Assembly (NCBI GenBank): GCA_031835245.2
Contig: JAVKOQ020000034.1
Span: 62,001-126,000, forward strand
Source: Balamuthia mandrillaris
Lineage: Eukaryota
Direction: 5' to 3'
Length of the DNA: 64,000 nucleotides
The notes under the pieces are model-generated. The model worked only from the letters and a program-made list of their open reading frames with translations. It was not told where the DNA came from and searched no databases. This document shows, piece after piece, positions 1-12,217 of this stretch (position 1 is the stretch's first letter; each line of letters opens with the position of its first letter). A program made the translations under genes and the position numbers.

Positions 1-3000
1 TCTCAACAATCTGCAAAACATAAACGAGGTTTTGGATACAGAGGAATACACAAGTAATGTACATAAAACGCGAATTGCTCAAGCTGTTTTAGCAGAGGTA
101 TTTCTCGTTCTCTCTGTCTTCCTCTGTTTCTCAACTAGAAGAATACTTAACTTATACCATGACCACAGGGCTATCTTATCAAATTGGTGCAGCTTTTTCA
201 CATCTGTGAGGAATCAAAGAACATGGAAAACTTACACACCATGTTTCACATATTCAAAAATTTGAGTTGCGTTTCTCTTGTCTTTTCTCTCTCCCTAACT
301 CTGTCTCCCCCCTTCGAGTTACTGATGATTTTTGCAAATCTCTAGTTTTGCTGAACGATCCAACCCTTTTGGAAAAGCTGTTTAGCGATGAGTATTTCAT
401 GGATGTGGTAGGAGCTTTGGAATGTACGTTATATTTTGTTTGTTCTCTCTCTCTCTCTCTCTCTCATTTTATCTCATATGCAATGGTTTTTTGTCACACC
501 CTAAAACATAGATGACCCCGAGATTCCAATTAATAAGATTTCACATCGAGAGTACCTCAAAAACCGTGTGGTCTTCAAAGAGGTTGTCCCAATACACAAT
601 GCTGAAACTTTGCAAAAGATTCACAACACCTTTCGCATGCAATATGTCAAGGATGTTGTGCTTCCGCGTCTATTGGACGACTTAACCTTCAACTCAATCA
701 ACTCTCTCATCTACTTTTCGCAAATTGAGATTGTTAGCAATCTCTATTGCGATGAGGACTTTCTGCCGGAATTGTACGACAGCTACCTTTTTTGTTTTTT
801 AATATCTCTTGTTAATACGTGTGTTACAGGTTTTCAAAACTTTTGTCAGATGAAGCGAGCGAAACACAACTAACGGATCTGCTGAGTTTTACGCAAGAGA
901 TGTGTACCTTGGCAAAGAACTTGGAAGCGGGACAACAAAAACGTTTCTATTCGTACGTCTTACTCTTACTCTTTCATCTTCTCGTTGTCTCTTACATTGC
1001 TTTCTTCTGCTCTTCGAAAGAACGTTGATTACACAGGGCATATTCCTTGTGCTCGCCAAAGTGTTAGCACATTCAAAAATCAAGATACGTTTGAGCTGGT
1101 AGGCCTCACCATTCTCTCTTTATTTCTCTCTCGCACAACTAATTGCGTTTTTAAAAGTGCGGACTTGATCAACAACGTGCTTACGAACGACCCAAACCAA
1201 GTGCGAGAATTTATTCTCTCCCAAAAGGATAGCGGCTACACTTTCATGCACGGCCTCGTGGATCGCGTGTTGCACGACTCGGATACTGGTATTGTAACTC
1301 AGTACGCCGAAATCATCAAGTGCCTCTTGCAAACAGAGACCATGGAAGATGTAACCGACCGGGACAAGTTTCTTACTTTGTTTTATTCCGAGTTTTTGAA
1401 GAGATTGGTGGCAGCACTAAACGACCAGGAGGGTGCGGCGGAGACGTCACCATCCAAGTCTGGAGTTTTGTCTTTTGTGCCCCATCAGCCAAGCCTACAA
1501 CCACACGTCACCCCACTTGGAAAACGGAAGGCGGGGGCGGCGCATTTAGATCAGAATGAAAAGGGAGAAGGAAAGGGGAAGGAAGAAGAGGGAAAAGGAG
1601 AAAAGGAAGCAACAGAAACAAACGAAGAGAAGGAAAAGGAAGGGAAAGCAAACAAGAAAGCAACCAAAATAACGGAGAACGGACCGGAAAGAGATAGAGT
1701 AGGAAAGACACCATCTGCCACAATGATGCCCTTTATAGATATACAACCACATCAGTCAGCGGTCAAACACGAAATCTGCGAACTGTTGGCCTTTTGTGTA
1801 CAGAACCATGGCTATCACATCAAGTACTTTATTCTGGGCAATAATGTGGCGAGCAAAGTTCTGAAGCTTCTTACTCATCCCGAGAAGCACCTGGTTCTTG
1901 GTACGCAGAATTCTCACTTCTCTCTTCTCTTTTTTTTTTAGCAAATGCTAACGTAACATGAAATAAAAGCTGCGTTACGGTTCTTCCGAGCGATGGTGGG
2001 AGCGAAAGACGAGTTTTACAACCGACATATCATTAAGTTTGACCTTTTCCAGCCGATCATGGAGTTGTTCAAACGGAATGGTAGCAGGTACAATCTCATC
2101 AACTCTGCCATTATCGAACTCTTTGATTTCATCCGTAAGGTATGTTATTGTTATATTTGCTCTCTTTACACCATTTTAGTTTCTCTTAAAAGCTCGTGTT
2201 TGTTTAATACGTTTTTCTCTATTCCCCAAACAAACAATAGCAAAACATAAAAAGTTTGCTGCACTATTTGGTGAATCATTTCAAGCAGGAGTTTAAGGCA
2301 GTGACCTACGTCGACACCTTCAAACTTCTCATCCTGAAATACAAACAGAACAAAGACTATCAGGACAACTACCACGACAAAGCTACTTCCACCACCACGT
2401 AACGTTTTCTTCTCCTTTATTTTATTTTGAGTTTCTGTTTTCTTCTTTCTCCTTTCTTCGTATTTAGCTTTCTTTGTCTTTTACTTCCTTTTTGTCTAAC
2501 ATTTCTTTTCACACTAACAAAAAAGTGCATCGGAGAAACCGGAAGACTCAGATAATGATGACAGCTACTTCTTCCTCGGAGAGGACGAGGAAGAAGAAGC
2601 GACAAAGGAGAAAGAGAAGAACGCAACAGCGAAGAAAGCCAAAAAGAGGGCAGCAGCACTGGCAGCAGCCACCAAAAACACAAAAGAAACAGCAGAACGC
2701 GAAGGAAAGGAAGAGGATGAGGAAGACGAAGAAGACGAAGACTACAAACCAGGAGAAGAAGACGAGGAAGGTGATGGAGACCAACAAAAAAGAAAAGCGA
2801 TAAAGCCAACAACAAACGGAGGAACGTCAGAAGAGGAGGAAGAGGAGGAAGAAGAGGAGGACCTACATGAAATCTTGGATCGAACGGAATTCTTGAAAAG
2901 AAAACGAGAGGAGGAGGAGCGACAAAAGGCAGCAGAGGCCAAACAAAGAGAGAACGAGAGAGCAAAACAGAAAGCAGCGGTGGCAGAGATGATTGCCAAA

Positions 3001-3225
3001 GAGCAACAACAAGAGGGTTCGAGCATGGTTTTAGTTGGTGGAGAAGGAGAGGAGAAAGAAGAGGGAGAGAGCCGGGGGGAAGATGGCACCAAAGAGGAGG
3101 GAGAGGAGGAACGAGCTTCAAAGCGCTTGAGGTTCACCATCCAAAAGGCGGGCGGCCCTACTGTCACACCAACCACATCTTCATCATCGACTGCTTCTTC
3201 ACTTTCGCTCAAAAAAAACACGTAA
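1..3225 (+). CDS. PPP4R3: Serine/threonine phosphatase 4 regulatory subunit 3 (SMEK/Psy2/PP4R3); multi-exon, 5' end outside the window
   Basis: Exon translations [79 protein letters not shown] match the SMK-1 domain; acidic/charged tail; stop at 3223-3225. Confidence 0.9.
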
Positions 3226-3663
3226 AATGAGGAAAAACAAAAATGCCGAAACTTGCTTTCTTTCTGTTTGGGGCTTTTTGCATGAAGACCACAACAACAT
3301 AACGGGAGTGGAAAGCTTGGAAAAGAACAAAAAAAACAGAACAAGACCTTGCACCTCCTACCTTTGCTTGCTTGTCCCCAACAAAAAAAACTAAATCTTA
3401 TTTAACCATTTTACTTCATTCTCTCCGCTCTTTCTCTCCACTCTCTCCTCTCTCCTCTCTCCTCTCCGCTCTTCTTTTATGTCGACGATTTTTTGCCAAT
3501 CAAAAAATATCGAATATATTCTGGTCTTATTCTCAGAATTTTTTCAGGGGGCCTCCTTACAATGAAATTTCCTTTGCCTAAAGAAAAAAAAAGTAAAAGA
3601 AAAAAAAAGTAGTGAAGAAGAAAAGAAGAATAGAAGAAAAAAAAAAGCGTAGCGAAGCAAAGC

Positions 3664-4279
3664 ATGAGCTCAGATTCATACACCTGCATCACCTGCAAGC
3701 TGCTCTTTGACAGCAGCGACAACCAGCGCGCGCACTACAGGACGGCATGGCACTGCTTCAACCTCAAGAGAAAGGTGGCGGGCATGGAGCCTGTCCCCGA
3801 GGCCGTCTTTGAGGAGAAAGTGCAGGAATTGAAGGCGGAGCAGGAGAAGGAGCGCAACAAAAAGCAAAAGTAAGATCTTGTTCTTCTTCTTGTTCTTGTT
3901 CTTCTTGTTCTTCTTGTTCTTCTTCTTCTTCTTGTTCTTTTGCACTTTTTTTTTTTGTTGTGAGGGATTATTGCTAAAAGAATATAATACCAAATAGACC
4001 TATGAACCCGAAGAAGGTGCACAAAAAGAAGAAGGAGAAGGTGAGGCGGCGACAAGAGGTGGTGATGGAGCCTATTTTGCCGCCTACGTTGGAGGAGGCC
4101 ACCGCACCTGCCCCTGTGCCCGCCCCTGAGCCTCCCAAACAGGTTTCTTTTTTTTTTTGTTTTTTCTCTTCCTTTGGTTCCATGTGTTTTGTTTTTCTTG
4201 TTTGCTTTCTTGTCGTTTCTTTCTTTCTTGTCGTTTCTTTCTTTCTTTCCTTCTTGTCGTTTCTTTCCTTCTTGTCGTT

Positions 4280-4330
<51 letters not shown>

Positions 4331-5293
4331 CCTTTCTTCTTGTCGTTTCTTTCTTTTTTTTTTCTTTTTATGTTTTAGTTTTGTTTCTTCTTTCTTCGTC
4401 TATCTTTTATCTTACTTCGTGGCCACTGAAACATAGATGACACAAGAAGAGCTGATCGAAGAGCGCCTGCGCAATGCCGACCCCATCCCCATCAACGTCT
4501 GCCTCTTTGACAACCACGCCAGCAAAGATCTCGAATCCAACCTGGAGTACATGAGGAAGCACTATGGCTTCTTCATCCCTGAGATCGAGTGCCTGAAGGA
4601 CCTCCCGGGCTTCATTGGCTACCTCGGAGAGAAAGTTGGCATCGGCTATACCTGTCTTTGGTGTGAGAAGGCTTTCATGAGCGCTAGAGCTGTACAGAAT
4701 CATATGGTGTTTTTTCTTTCTCCCTTTCCTTTCGTTCCTTTTTCTTCCTCTCTTCTCCTTTTCTTTTTCTCACATTCAAACTAACAATCGTTTTCAAGGT
4801 GGACGCATCTCATTGTAAGATCAACTTTTATGGTTCCGAGGAGGAGTTTGAAGACTTTTACGACTACAGCATCGCCTACACCATCATCGAGGAAGACGAA
4901 GGCGAAGAGAGCGAAGCAAACGAAAGCGAATCCGAAGAAACGCAAAAGAGCAAAGCGCTCATTGTTCCCTCCTCTCTTCCTCTCCCTCAAACCGTCTCGC
5001 TCTCCGAGAACGGCGCGGAGCTCATCCTTCCCAACGGCGTCACCCTGGGCAACCGCTCCTTGGCGCTCTACTACCGCCAACGCCCCCGACCGGAGGAGAG
5101 CCGGACCTCCGTGCTGATCAACAAGCTCATCAAGCAGTACCACGTGCTGGGCTACATCCCGCCCGCGGAGGAGAAGCGGGAGCTGCAGCGAACGGCGCGC
5201 GCGAGGTACCATCGGGAGAAGCACACTTTGAACATGCAGGTGAGCGCGAACAAGCTGCCCAAGTACATGAGACACAACACCAGCATGTGTTAG
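3664..5293 (+). CDS. ZNF622: Zinc-finger pre-60S maturation factor (ZNF622/Rei1/Reh1); 4 exons
   Basis: CITC..QRAHYRTAWHCFNLKRKVA, CLFD..NLEYMRKHYGFFIP, CLWC..AVQNHM, ELILPNGVTLGNRSLALYYRQ; GT-AG introns join the ORFs. Confidence 0.92.
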
Positions 5294-5777
5294 TAGTTTA
5301 AGCGACACCAAGCCATTTGTTCATTTGCTTCTTTCTTTTTCCCCCTCTTTTCTTCTTTGCTTGGGTGTGTGAGTGAATTATCGATCAATGGAGGAAATTT
5401 TATTGGCATAAATCAGAAATTTTTGGGGTTTCGGAGAATATCCTCGGGAAGATGCCTTGCGGGAGGAAATGAGCGGTGAACGGATGGCGGGATGATTGTC
5501 TGGAGAACATGTGGCGGGTTTCCGCGGACACAAGGGCACTGGGACCAAAGGAATGAAAAAACTTCAAAAGTTTCCCGATGGCGAAAATCATCATCCCGAC
5601 GCGCGAAAGAAATTCCATCTATCGATGATATAAAAAGCAATCATTTTTATGTTGTTGATGCATTTGTTTGCACACTGCTCCCTCTTCTTCTTCGTCTGCT
5701 TCATCTTTTCGACGAGCGCACAAACTTGCGACAGCAAAGAAGCCACCTGCGAACTACCTGCACACCTCCCCGCAACC

Positions 5778-7159
5778 ATGGAACCACAAACGTCTGCCAC
5801 TGGCACCGAAGGGCAACAACAACAGCAACAAGACATCAAAGTGATTCGTGTGGTGCAAGCCATGGAAACCGAAGAAGGTGCCTCTTTCCCTCTCCCTTTT
5901 GCGTCTCTCTTATTCCTTCCCTTTTTGTTGACACTTTTTCTTTATCCCATCCCCATGAAAGGTGCTGGAGCACGAGTGAAGCGAAGCATTGGCACGCCCA
6001 AACTGTCTGACTTGGATCCCTTTCTTATGCTCGACGAGTTCTTTGTGCAGCCGCCTGCTGGTTTTCCTGATCACCCTCGTACTTTTCTCTTCCCTTTTTC
6101 GTTCTCTTCTCTTCTCTGCCTCTTCTTCTTCTGCTTAGTTCTCCTTCTTCCTCTCCTTCTTGTTCTTCTTCTCCTTCTCCTTTTTGTTGTTGTTCTTCTT
6201 CTTGTTGTTGTTCTTCTTCCTCTTCTTCTCCTTCTTCTTCTTCCTTCTCCTTCACCTTGTTCTTTTTCTTCTCTTCACTCACCCTTTTCTATACTCTCTT
6301 CCCCACAACCAACTTAACAAACAAAACCACAGATAGAGGCTTTGAGACAGTGACCTACATGTTGGAGGGCAAGTTCAAGCACAAAGACAACAAAGGGCAC
6401 GCCGGCACTATCGGCCCGGGCGATCTCCAATGGATGACCGCCGGGCGAGGCATCATCCACTCCGAAATGCCAGCCACCGAGGGAGTGAACCACGGCCTGC
6501 AGCTGTGGATCAACCTGGCGGCCAAGCACAAGATGACCGAGCCACAGTATCAAGAGCTCTTGGCGGCCGATATTCCGATGGCGAGAGAGGAGGGAGTGTT
6601 GGTGCGCGTCATTGCCGGTGAATCTTGCGGTGTTAAAGCGGAAGGTTTGTTTTTTGTCAAAGAAGCTCTTCTTTGTTCTTGCTCCTCTTCTTCTTCGTGT
6701 TCTTCTTCTATCTTTATCATTTATAACATTCTCTTTGTTTTCAACTCCGAAGTGAGAACCAGAACACCCACGATGTATTTGGACGTGGAAATGGAGGAAG
6801 GAGCGACCTTTCAGCAACACATTCCATCCGAGTACAGAGGTTTCGTTTATGTTCTGAGCGGAGAAGGAAAGTTTGGAGCCGCTGAAACAAGTGGCTCCAG
6901 TGGAAAATGCTTGGTGTTAAGCGAGGGCAACAACCTCTCCATCCAAGCGGACAAGAAACTTCGGTTTGTCATTCTCGCTGGACAGGTTGGTTTCTTCTTT
7001 CTTCTTTCTTCTTTTTCTGATATCTTTTCACTAACATTCCCTTTTGTTTCGATAATGAAGCCGTTGAACGAACCAATCGCGAAATACGGTCCATTCGTGA
7101 TGAACACAAAGGAAGAGATCCAACAAGCCTTCATCGACTATCAAACCGGCCGATTCTAA
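5778..7159 (+). CDS. PIR: Pirin (bicupin); multi-exon; possible upstream in-frame start at 5649
   Basis: EGAGARVKRSIG, LDPFLMLDEF, GFPDHPHRGFETVTY (across an intron), WMTAGRGIIHSEMP, GLQLWINL, EPIAKYGPFVMN. Confidence 0.93.
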
Positions 7160-7583
7160 GCCCTTTCAGCATTTCTATCCCTTCAAGCTGTACAAATGAT
7201 AAATAATGAATTGAAAAGCTTTTTATGATATAGCTTTGGTCCTTATCTCTCTCTCGCTCCTCTCCCTCATCTCTCTCTCGCTCCTCTCCCTCATCTCTCA
7301 GCGATCCGCTCTTACCGTTCAGAAGAGCTCTCATCTCGCCCAGAAAAGGAGTCATCTTGTGGAGCACTCCTCCCAATCCTCTTTTGTGGGACCGGCCCGT
7401 GGTTAGAGTCCTGACGCTGCTGACACCAAAGGATCACGAGACACGAAGTTCCCAGCTCAGAAACACCAAACACTCTCACCTACATCACCATGTGACACAA
7501 TGCCCTTCCGAAGGGTAATATCAGACAGCATCATCCATGCTGCGCTCTTGTCATCCTATTGTCGGAGACACAGAGACTGCTTA

Positions 7584-7670
7584 CTCTTGGTTGGTGAGGT
7601 CGGGGTCCGCAAAGAGACCCACTTGCAGCGGTTCTTGTCGTCGTCGTTGTTGTTGTCCGGCGTTACATGC
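7584..7670 (-). pseudogene. Inverted near-identical copy of 7915-7998 (5' part of the neighbouring secreted-protein gene); truncated paralog fragment
   Basis: Reverse complement reads ACNAGQQQRRRQEPLQVGLFADPDLTNQE then TAA; it differs from 7915-7998 by one extra CGA codon and two substitutions. Confidence 0.75.
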
Positions 7671-7857
7671 AAGCGTTCTTCTTCCATAAAAGTCTACCAA
7701 TGGGTTATGTTTTCCTGTAACACCCGAAAAAAACAGCTAAATGATGTTCCTTTATTACAATAATATCTATGCTGTAATGCTTTCATTTTCTATTGCTCTC
7801 TTCTCCCTTTCCACACAAAAAAGTTCGGCCACCACTCACAACAAAGTAACGAAAGCC

Positions 7858-8796
7858 ATGGCACGCACTGCTAACCTCTTGCTGGCTTTTCTCCTCTTTT
7901 GCACGGCCTTGTGGGCGTGTAACGCTGGACAACAACAACGACGACAAGAACCGCTGCAAGTGGGTCTCTTTGCGGACCCCGACCTCACCAACCAAGAGGT
8001 GGAGCCACACATTGACGGCGGCGAGGACAGAGGAAGCGGCTCCATGTTGGCCCTCCTCCTGGAGGAGCTGGGCCACAACGTGACCACCATCGAGGACATA
8101 GGGTCGCCCGCCAAAGTTTGGACCAACGTCCTGTCCTCCGTCTCCGTCTTTGTCTTCCCAGAGATCGATCCAAGGGTCGCCCTCAGGAGAGACCACGTCC
8201 CCTTCTTTCCTGTGGGGCTGAAGAACGGCCTCGACTCCTTTGTCAACCAGGGAGGAGTGGTGGTCTGGGCCTCGGCCATGGAGCTGTTCAACCACACCTG
8301 GCAGACCTCGTGGCAAGCACCAACTTTACACGTCCTCGGGGCGAACGACTTCAACAAGACAGAGGAGGCCGTGGGCACCCCTTTCGAGGACGGACCTAAG
8401 TTCGTGGAGAGTTTGAGCGACGTCCAAGCGCCGGCCAATTGGGAGGGAGAGGGCGTGGTCTGCTACTACGCCTTCGGCCCGGAAGGAACCTGTGCCATCC
8501 TCTCCATCGCCCAAGGGGAGGGCTACTACGTCTACCTGGCTTGGGACTATAACTCCTTCGCAAAAGCGGAGGCGGATGGAGCGATCGATTTCCGTGACCT
8601 CAGGAGCAAGCGCAGCCTCATCACGCCCAGCTGGGAGAAGGTCTTTGGCATCGCTGTGGAGGGATTCGTACCTACGGAGGAGGAGGAGAGCTCCACTGCA
8701 GAGGATGGAGAGAGCTCGGATAGTTCGCAAGAAGGGTCCAACTCGGCGAGTTCCGACGGGTCGGGAGCTGCCCAACTGAGAGGCTTCTTCTTCTAA
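7858..8796 (+). CDS. Intronless secreted protein of unknown function (signal peptide, alpha/beta domain, Ser/Glu-rich tail)
   Basis: MARTANLLLAFLLFCTALWACNA signal-like N-terminus; GC3-rich codon usage; pattern loosely like a class I glutamine amidotransferase/ThuA-like fold (weak). Confidence 0.7.
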   Translation: MARTANLLLAFLLFCTALWACNAGQQQRRQEPLQVGLFADPDLTNQEVEPHIDGGEDRGSGSMLALLLEELGHNVTTIEDIGSPAKVWTNVLSSVSVFVFPEIDPRVALRRDHVPFFPVGLKNGLDSFVNQGGVVVWASAMELFNHTWQTSWQAPTLHVLGANDFNKTEEAVGTPFEDGPKFVESLSDVQAPANWEGEGVVCYYAFGPEGTCAILSIAQGEGYYVYLAWDYNSFAKAEADGAIDFRDLRSKRSLITPSWEKVFGIAVEGFVPTEEEESSTAEDGESSDSSQEGSNSASSDGSGAAQLRGFFF

Positions 8797-9000
8797 CTAT
8801 AATTGAGCAAGCACCAAGTAAGGTCTCAGCAAATAAACCTTTCGCTTTCATCGACAACATGAATATGAATGTACTTGATGTTGCCCCTATGCTCCATTCG
8901 CATAACAGGCCGCTTGCCAGAGACCTCGTAACGACCTTGGAGGGCCAATGCAATGCAATGCCTTTCCCTTCTCTTCCTTTCTTTTGTTCTGGGTTTTTTC

Positions 9001-9057
9001 TGTCGACAATTATTTGGTAAAACTCCGATAGCTGAGGGTTTGCGGCTTATGTCGACA
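9001..9057. promoter_or_regulatory. Pair of TGTCGACA palindromes upstream of RPL3 (candidate promoter element)
   Basis: Exact copies at 9001-9008 and 9050-9057; the motif recurs upstream of several other genes. Confidence 0.55.
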
Positions 9058-9186
9058 ATAATTCATAGAGTGCATCCCCCCATCCTTCCTTTTTCTTTCC
9101 TCCTTTCGGTCTAGTTTTTTTTTCCACTACTACTGCCCTGTTGCACACGCCGGAGAGGATCACGGAGGAACAGGTCCCGTTGCAGC

Positions 9187-10538
9187 ATGTCTCACAGAAA
9201 GTATTCCGGTGCGTTCAATCCCTTTTGTTGTTGTATTCCTTTCTTCTGAGTGGTGGCTCACTGTCTTTGTTGTTTAGCCCCTAGGCACGGATCTTTGGCC
9301 TTCTTGCCCCGTAAGAGGGCCAGACGGCACCGAGGTAAGGTCAAGACCTTCCCCAAGGATGACCCCAGCGCCAAGCCCCACCTTACTGCCTTCATGGGCT
9401 ACAAGGCTGGTATGACTCACATCGTGCGTGACTTGGACAAGCCTGGATCCAGTACGATCACCCCCCCCTATTTTCTCCCTCTTCAAGAGAAGAGACATGT
9501 CGGATTTAATTCCTTACACTTTGTTTTCGCTGTACAGAGATGCACAAGAGGGAAATCGTTGAAGCCGTCACCATCTTGGAGTGCCCCCCCATGGTTGTTG
9601 TCGGTCTTGTTGGTTACGTTGAGACTCCCCACGGTCTCCGTACCCTCACCACCGTCTGGGCTCAACATTTGTCTGACGAGTGCTTGCGCCGATTCTACAA
9701 GAACTGGTACAAGTCCAAGAAGAAGGCCTTCACCAAGTACCAGAAGAAGGTCGTAGCCGACAAGGAGAAATACTTCGACAGAGAACTGGAGAGGATCAAG
9801 AAATACTGTACCGTCGTCCGCGTGATCGCCCACACCCAGATCCGCAAGCTCCAACTCAGACAAAAGAAGGCCCACATCATGGAGATCCAAGTGAACGGTG
9901 GCTCGATTGCCGACAAGGTGGACTTCGCTGTCGGTCTCTTCGAGAAGCAGGTGCCCGTTGATGCCGTCTTTGACCCCAACGAGCTCGTTGACACCATCGG
10001 TGTGACCAAGGGTAAGGGTTACGAGGGTGTGATCACCAGGTGGGGTGTCACCCGCTTGCCCCGCAAGACCCACAGAGGTCTCAGGAAGGTTGCCTGTATC
10101 GGCGCTTGGCATCCGGCTAACATCCAGTACTCTGTACCCCGTGCCGGTCAGAACGGTTACCATCACCGAACTGAGATCAACAAGAAGATCTACCGCATCG
10201 GCAAGGGCGTCCGCCAAGAGGGAGGCAAGATCGTCAACAACAACGCCACCACTGACTTCGATCTTACCGAGAAGAGCATCACCCCCATGGGTGGCTTCCC
10301 TCACTATGGTGTGGTGAACGAGGACTACCTCATGATCAAGGGCTGCGTCTTGGGTCCCAAGAAGAGGGTCATCACTCTTCGCAAGGCCCTCAGGCCTCCC
10401 GCCAAGCGCTGGGCTCTCGAGAAGATCGACCTCAAGTTCATCGATACCTCCTCCAAGTTTGGTCATGGCCGTTTCCAGACCCCCGCCGAGAAGGACAAGT
10501 TCATGGGTCCTCTCAAGAAGTCTCTCGTCTCCGCTTAA
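9187..10538 (+). CDS. RPL3: 60S ribosomal protein L3; exons 9187-9208, 9278-9451, 9538-10538
   Basis: [66 protein letters not shown]; both introns GT-AG and frame-consistent. Confidence 0.99.
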
Positions 10539-10696
10539 ATTATGTTATCTGTTGTTGGGGGCTTTGTGTTTCTTCCTCGTTTGTTTTTGCTTCTTTTCCT
10601 CTCCGCCCAAAAGCACTTGGTGTGCAGCAAAACAAAATAAAACGAAGGTTCGTGCCAAGAAACGGTTTGAGTTTTTTTTCTTTTTGTTTGTCAGCA

Positions 10697-11332
10697 TTAA
10701 AAGCGTCGGCCTGATGCACAAAACTGCTTGATCCTTGGGGCTTGCTTCATTGAGCAGTGGAAGAACTCCAAAAGTGGGAAGCTGGCTATGGCCAACGGGA
10801 TCTCTCGTTCCACCGACTCTAACAGAGCGAACAAAGCAATGTCCGCGAAGGTGAGCTAAGAAACCTGGTTAGCGAAATCTTTTGTGCTCCCCTAATTGGA
10901 CTTGTACCTTGTTGCCAACGAGAAACATGGTATCGTTCTTTGCCATCAGCTTGCTCATGTGTGTAAACTCAGGTATGAGGCAGTCCTGCAAAAACTGACT
11001 CTTCATTGCTTCTGCTCGGAAGTCTGATACATCCTATTTTTTTTTCACAATGTCAATCGTGTATTACAAAGGGCCGAAGCTGCAGCAGGAAACCAAACCT
11101 GGGTTATAAACTCGGCTTTCCACAAAGCTTGTTGCACCTCCTCACATTGTTCCATCCACATGTCGCACAGCGCAGCCTCACGGGCATCGCTCCCATAGAG
11201 ATCGGCCTTGCGTGCAAGGTGACGCATGATAGCACACGAATGAACGAGTCTCAGGTCTCCATCTTCCAACAATGGCAGCTTCCCAAATTCTACCTCTCCG
11301 CTCATTCTACCGAATTCTTTATCAAGCAGAAC

Positions 11333-11381
<49 letters not shown>

Positions 11382-11569
11382 AATGATGAGAACGTGACCG
11401 CAACAAAGAAAAAGAAGAACATCCGGAAGAGAGAACAGGGTTTTCATTAACCTCGACCGGTCACTATCACCTCTTGATAGTTCAACCCAGCAATGGCCAT
11501 CAGCAACCTAACCTTGTCGCAGCTGCCTCTCGCCCCAAAGTAAGTCAATCGAAGTTTGTTCTTCTCCAT
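10697..11569 (-). CDS. Cytosolic glutathione S-transferase; multi-exon
   Basis: MEKNKLRLTYFGARGSCDKVRLLM (exon 1), FGKLPLLEDGDLRLVHSCAIMRHLARK, C-terminal LTFADIALF..FPLL..RIKQF; stop at 10697-10699. Confidence 0.88.
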
Positions 11570-11828
11570 CTCTGCCCTCCTTTCTTTCTTCCGCCCCTTT
11601 GTGTGTGTGTGTTATCGCTACGCTTTCTTCTCTTTTTTTTTGTTTTTTCAACAAAAACAAAACAAAACAAAACAAAAACACTGTTGCTACATTTTTAGAT
11701 GACAGACTGTCGCTTCTCCCTGCACGTATGTTTTGGCGCGGTTTGTCCCAACCCATTCCGTATTTCATGTCGACATTCTCCTTCCCGCCATTTTTTTTTT
11801 TCCAAACGAAGTAGCAGAACAAGAGACG

Positions 11829-11830
<2 letters not shown>

Positions 11831-11880
<50 letters not shown>

Positions 11881-11945
11881 GAGAGAGAGGGGGAGAGAGA
11901 GAGACAGAGAGAGAGACAGAGAGAGAGAGAAGGAGAGAGAAGAAA
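11831..11945. repeat. (GA)n microsatellite tract
   Basis: Direct inspection; one of many (GA)n/(CT)n tracts in the window. Confidence 0.9.
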
Positions 11946-12217
11946 GAACAATAAAATGCGTATCAACAGAGTGCAAAGAAGAGAGAGAAGAGAAAAAGAG
12001 TAGAGAGGAAAAGAGTAGGGAGGGAGAGCAGAGGAAAACTACTTGCAGGTTTGTGATAATTCCAACACTACAAAACCACCTTGCGGTGTTCAGGTCGGAG
12101 CGGTTGTCTTGCGGTGTGGTCCAACTCTGAAGGGAAGAAATGTCAGTCGGGGGTGACCACTCTTTGGCACCGCCCCGAGCCACAGCCTCAACTCCCACCA
12201 AAAATAAAAATACATTT

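Noticed and set aside
5440..5560. GC-richer intergenic stretch with U3-like words (GAGGAA, TGAGCG, GATGA)
   Set aside because: Box spacing and terminal stem could not be reconciled with U3; an Rfam search would be needed.
9209..9537. Intronic snoRNAs in RPL3 introns
   Set aside because: Introns are only 69 and 86 nt, and no convincing C/D or H/ACA box pair was visible.
9483..10466. 327-aa minus-strand ORF over RPL3
   Set aside because: Antisense shadow of a strongly codon-biased gene.
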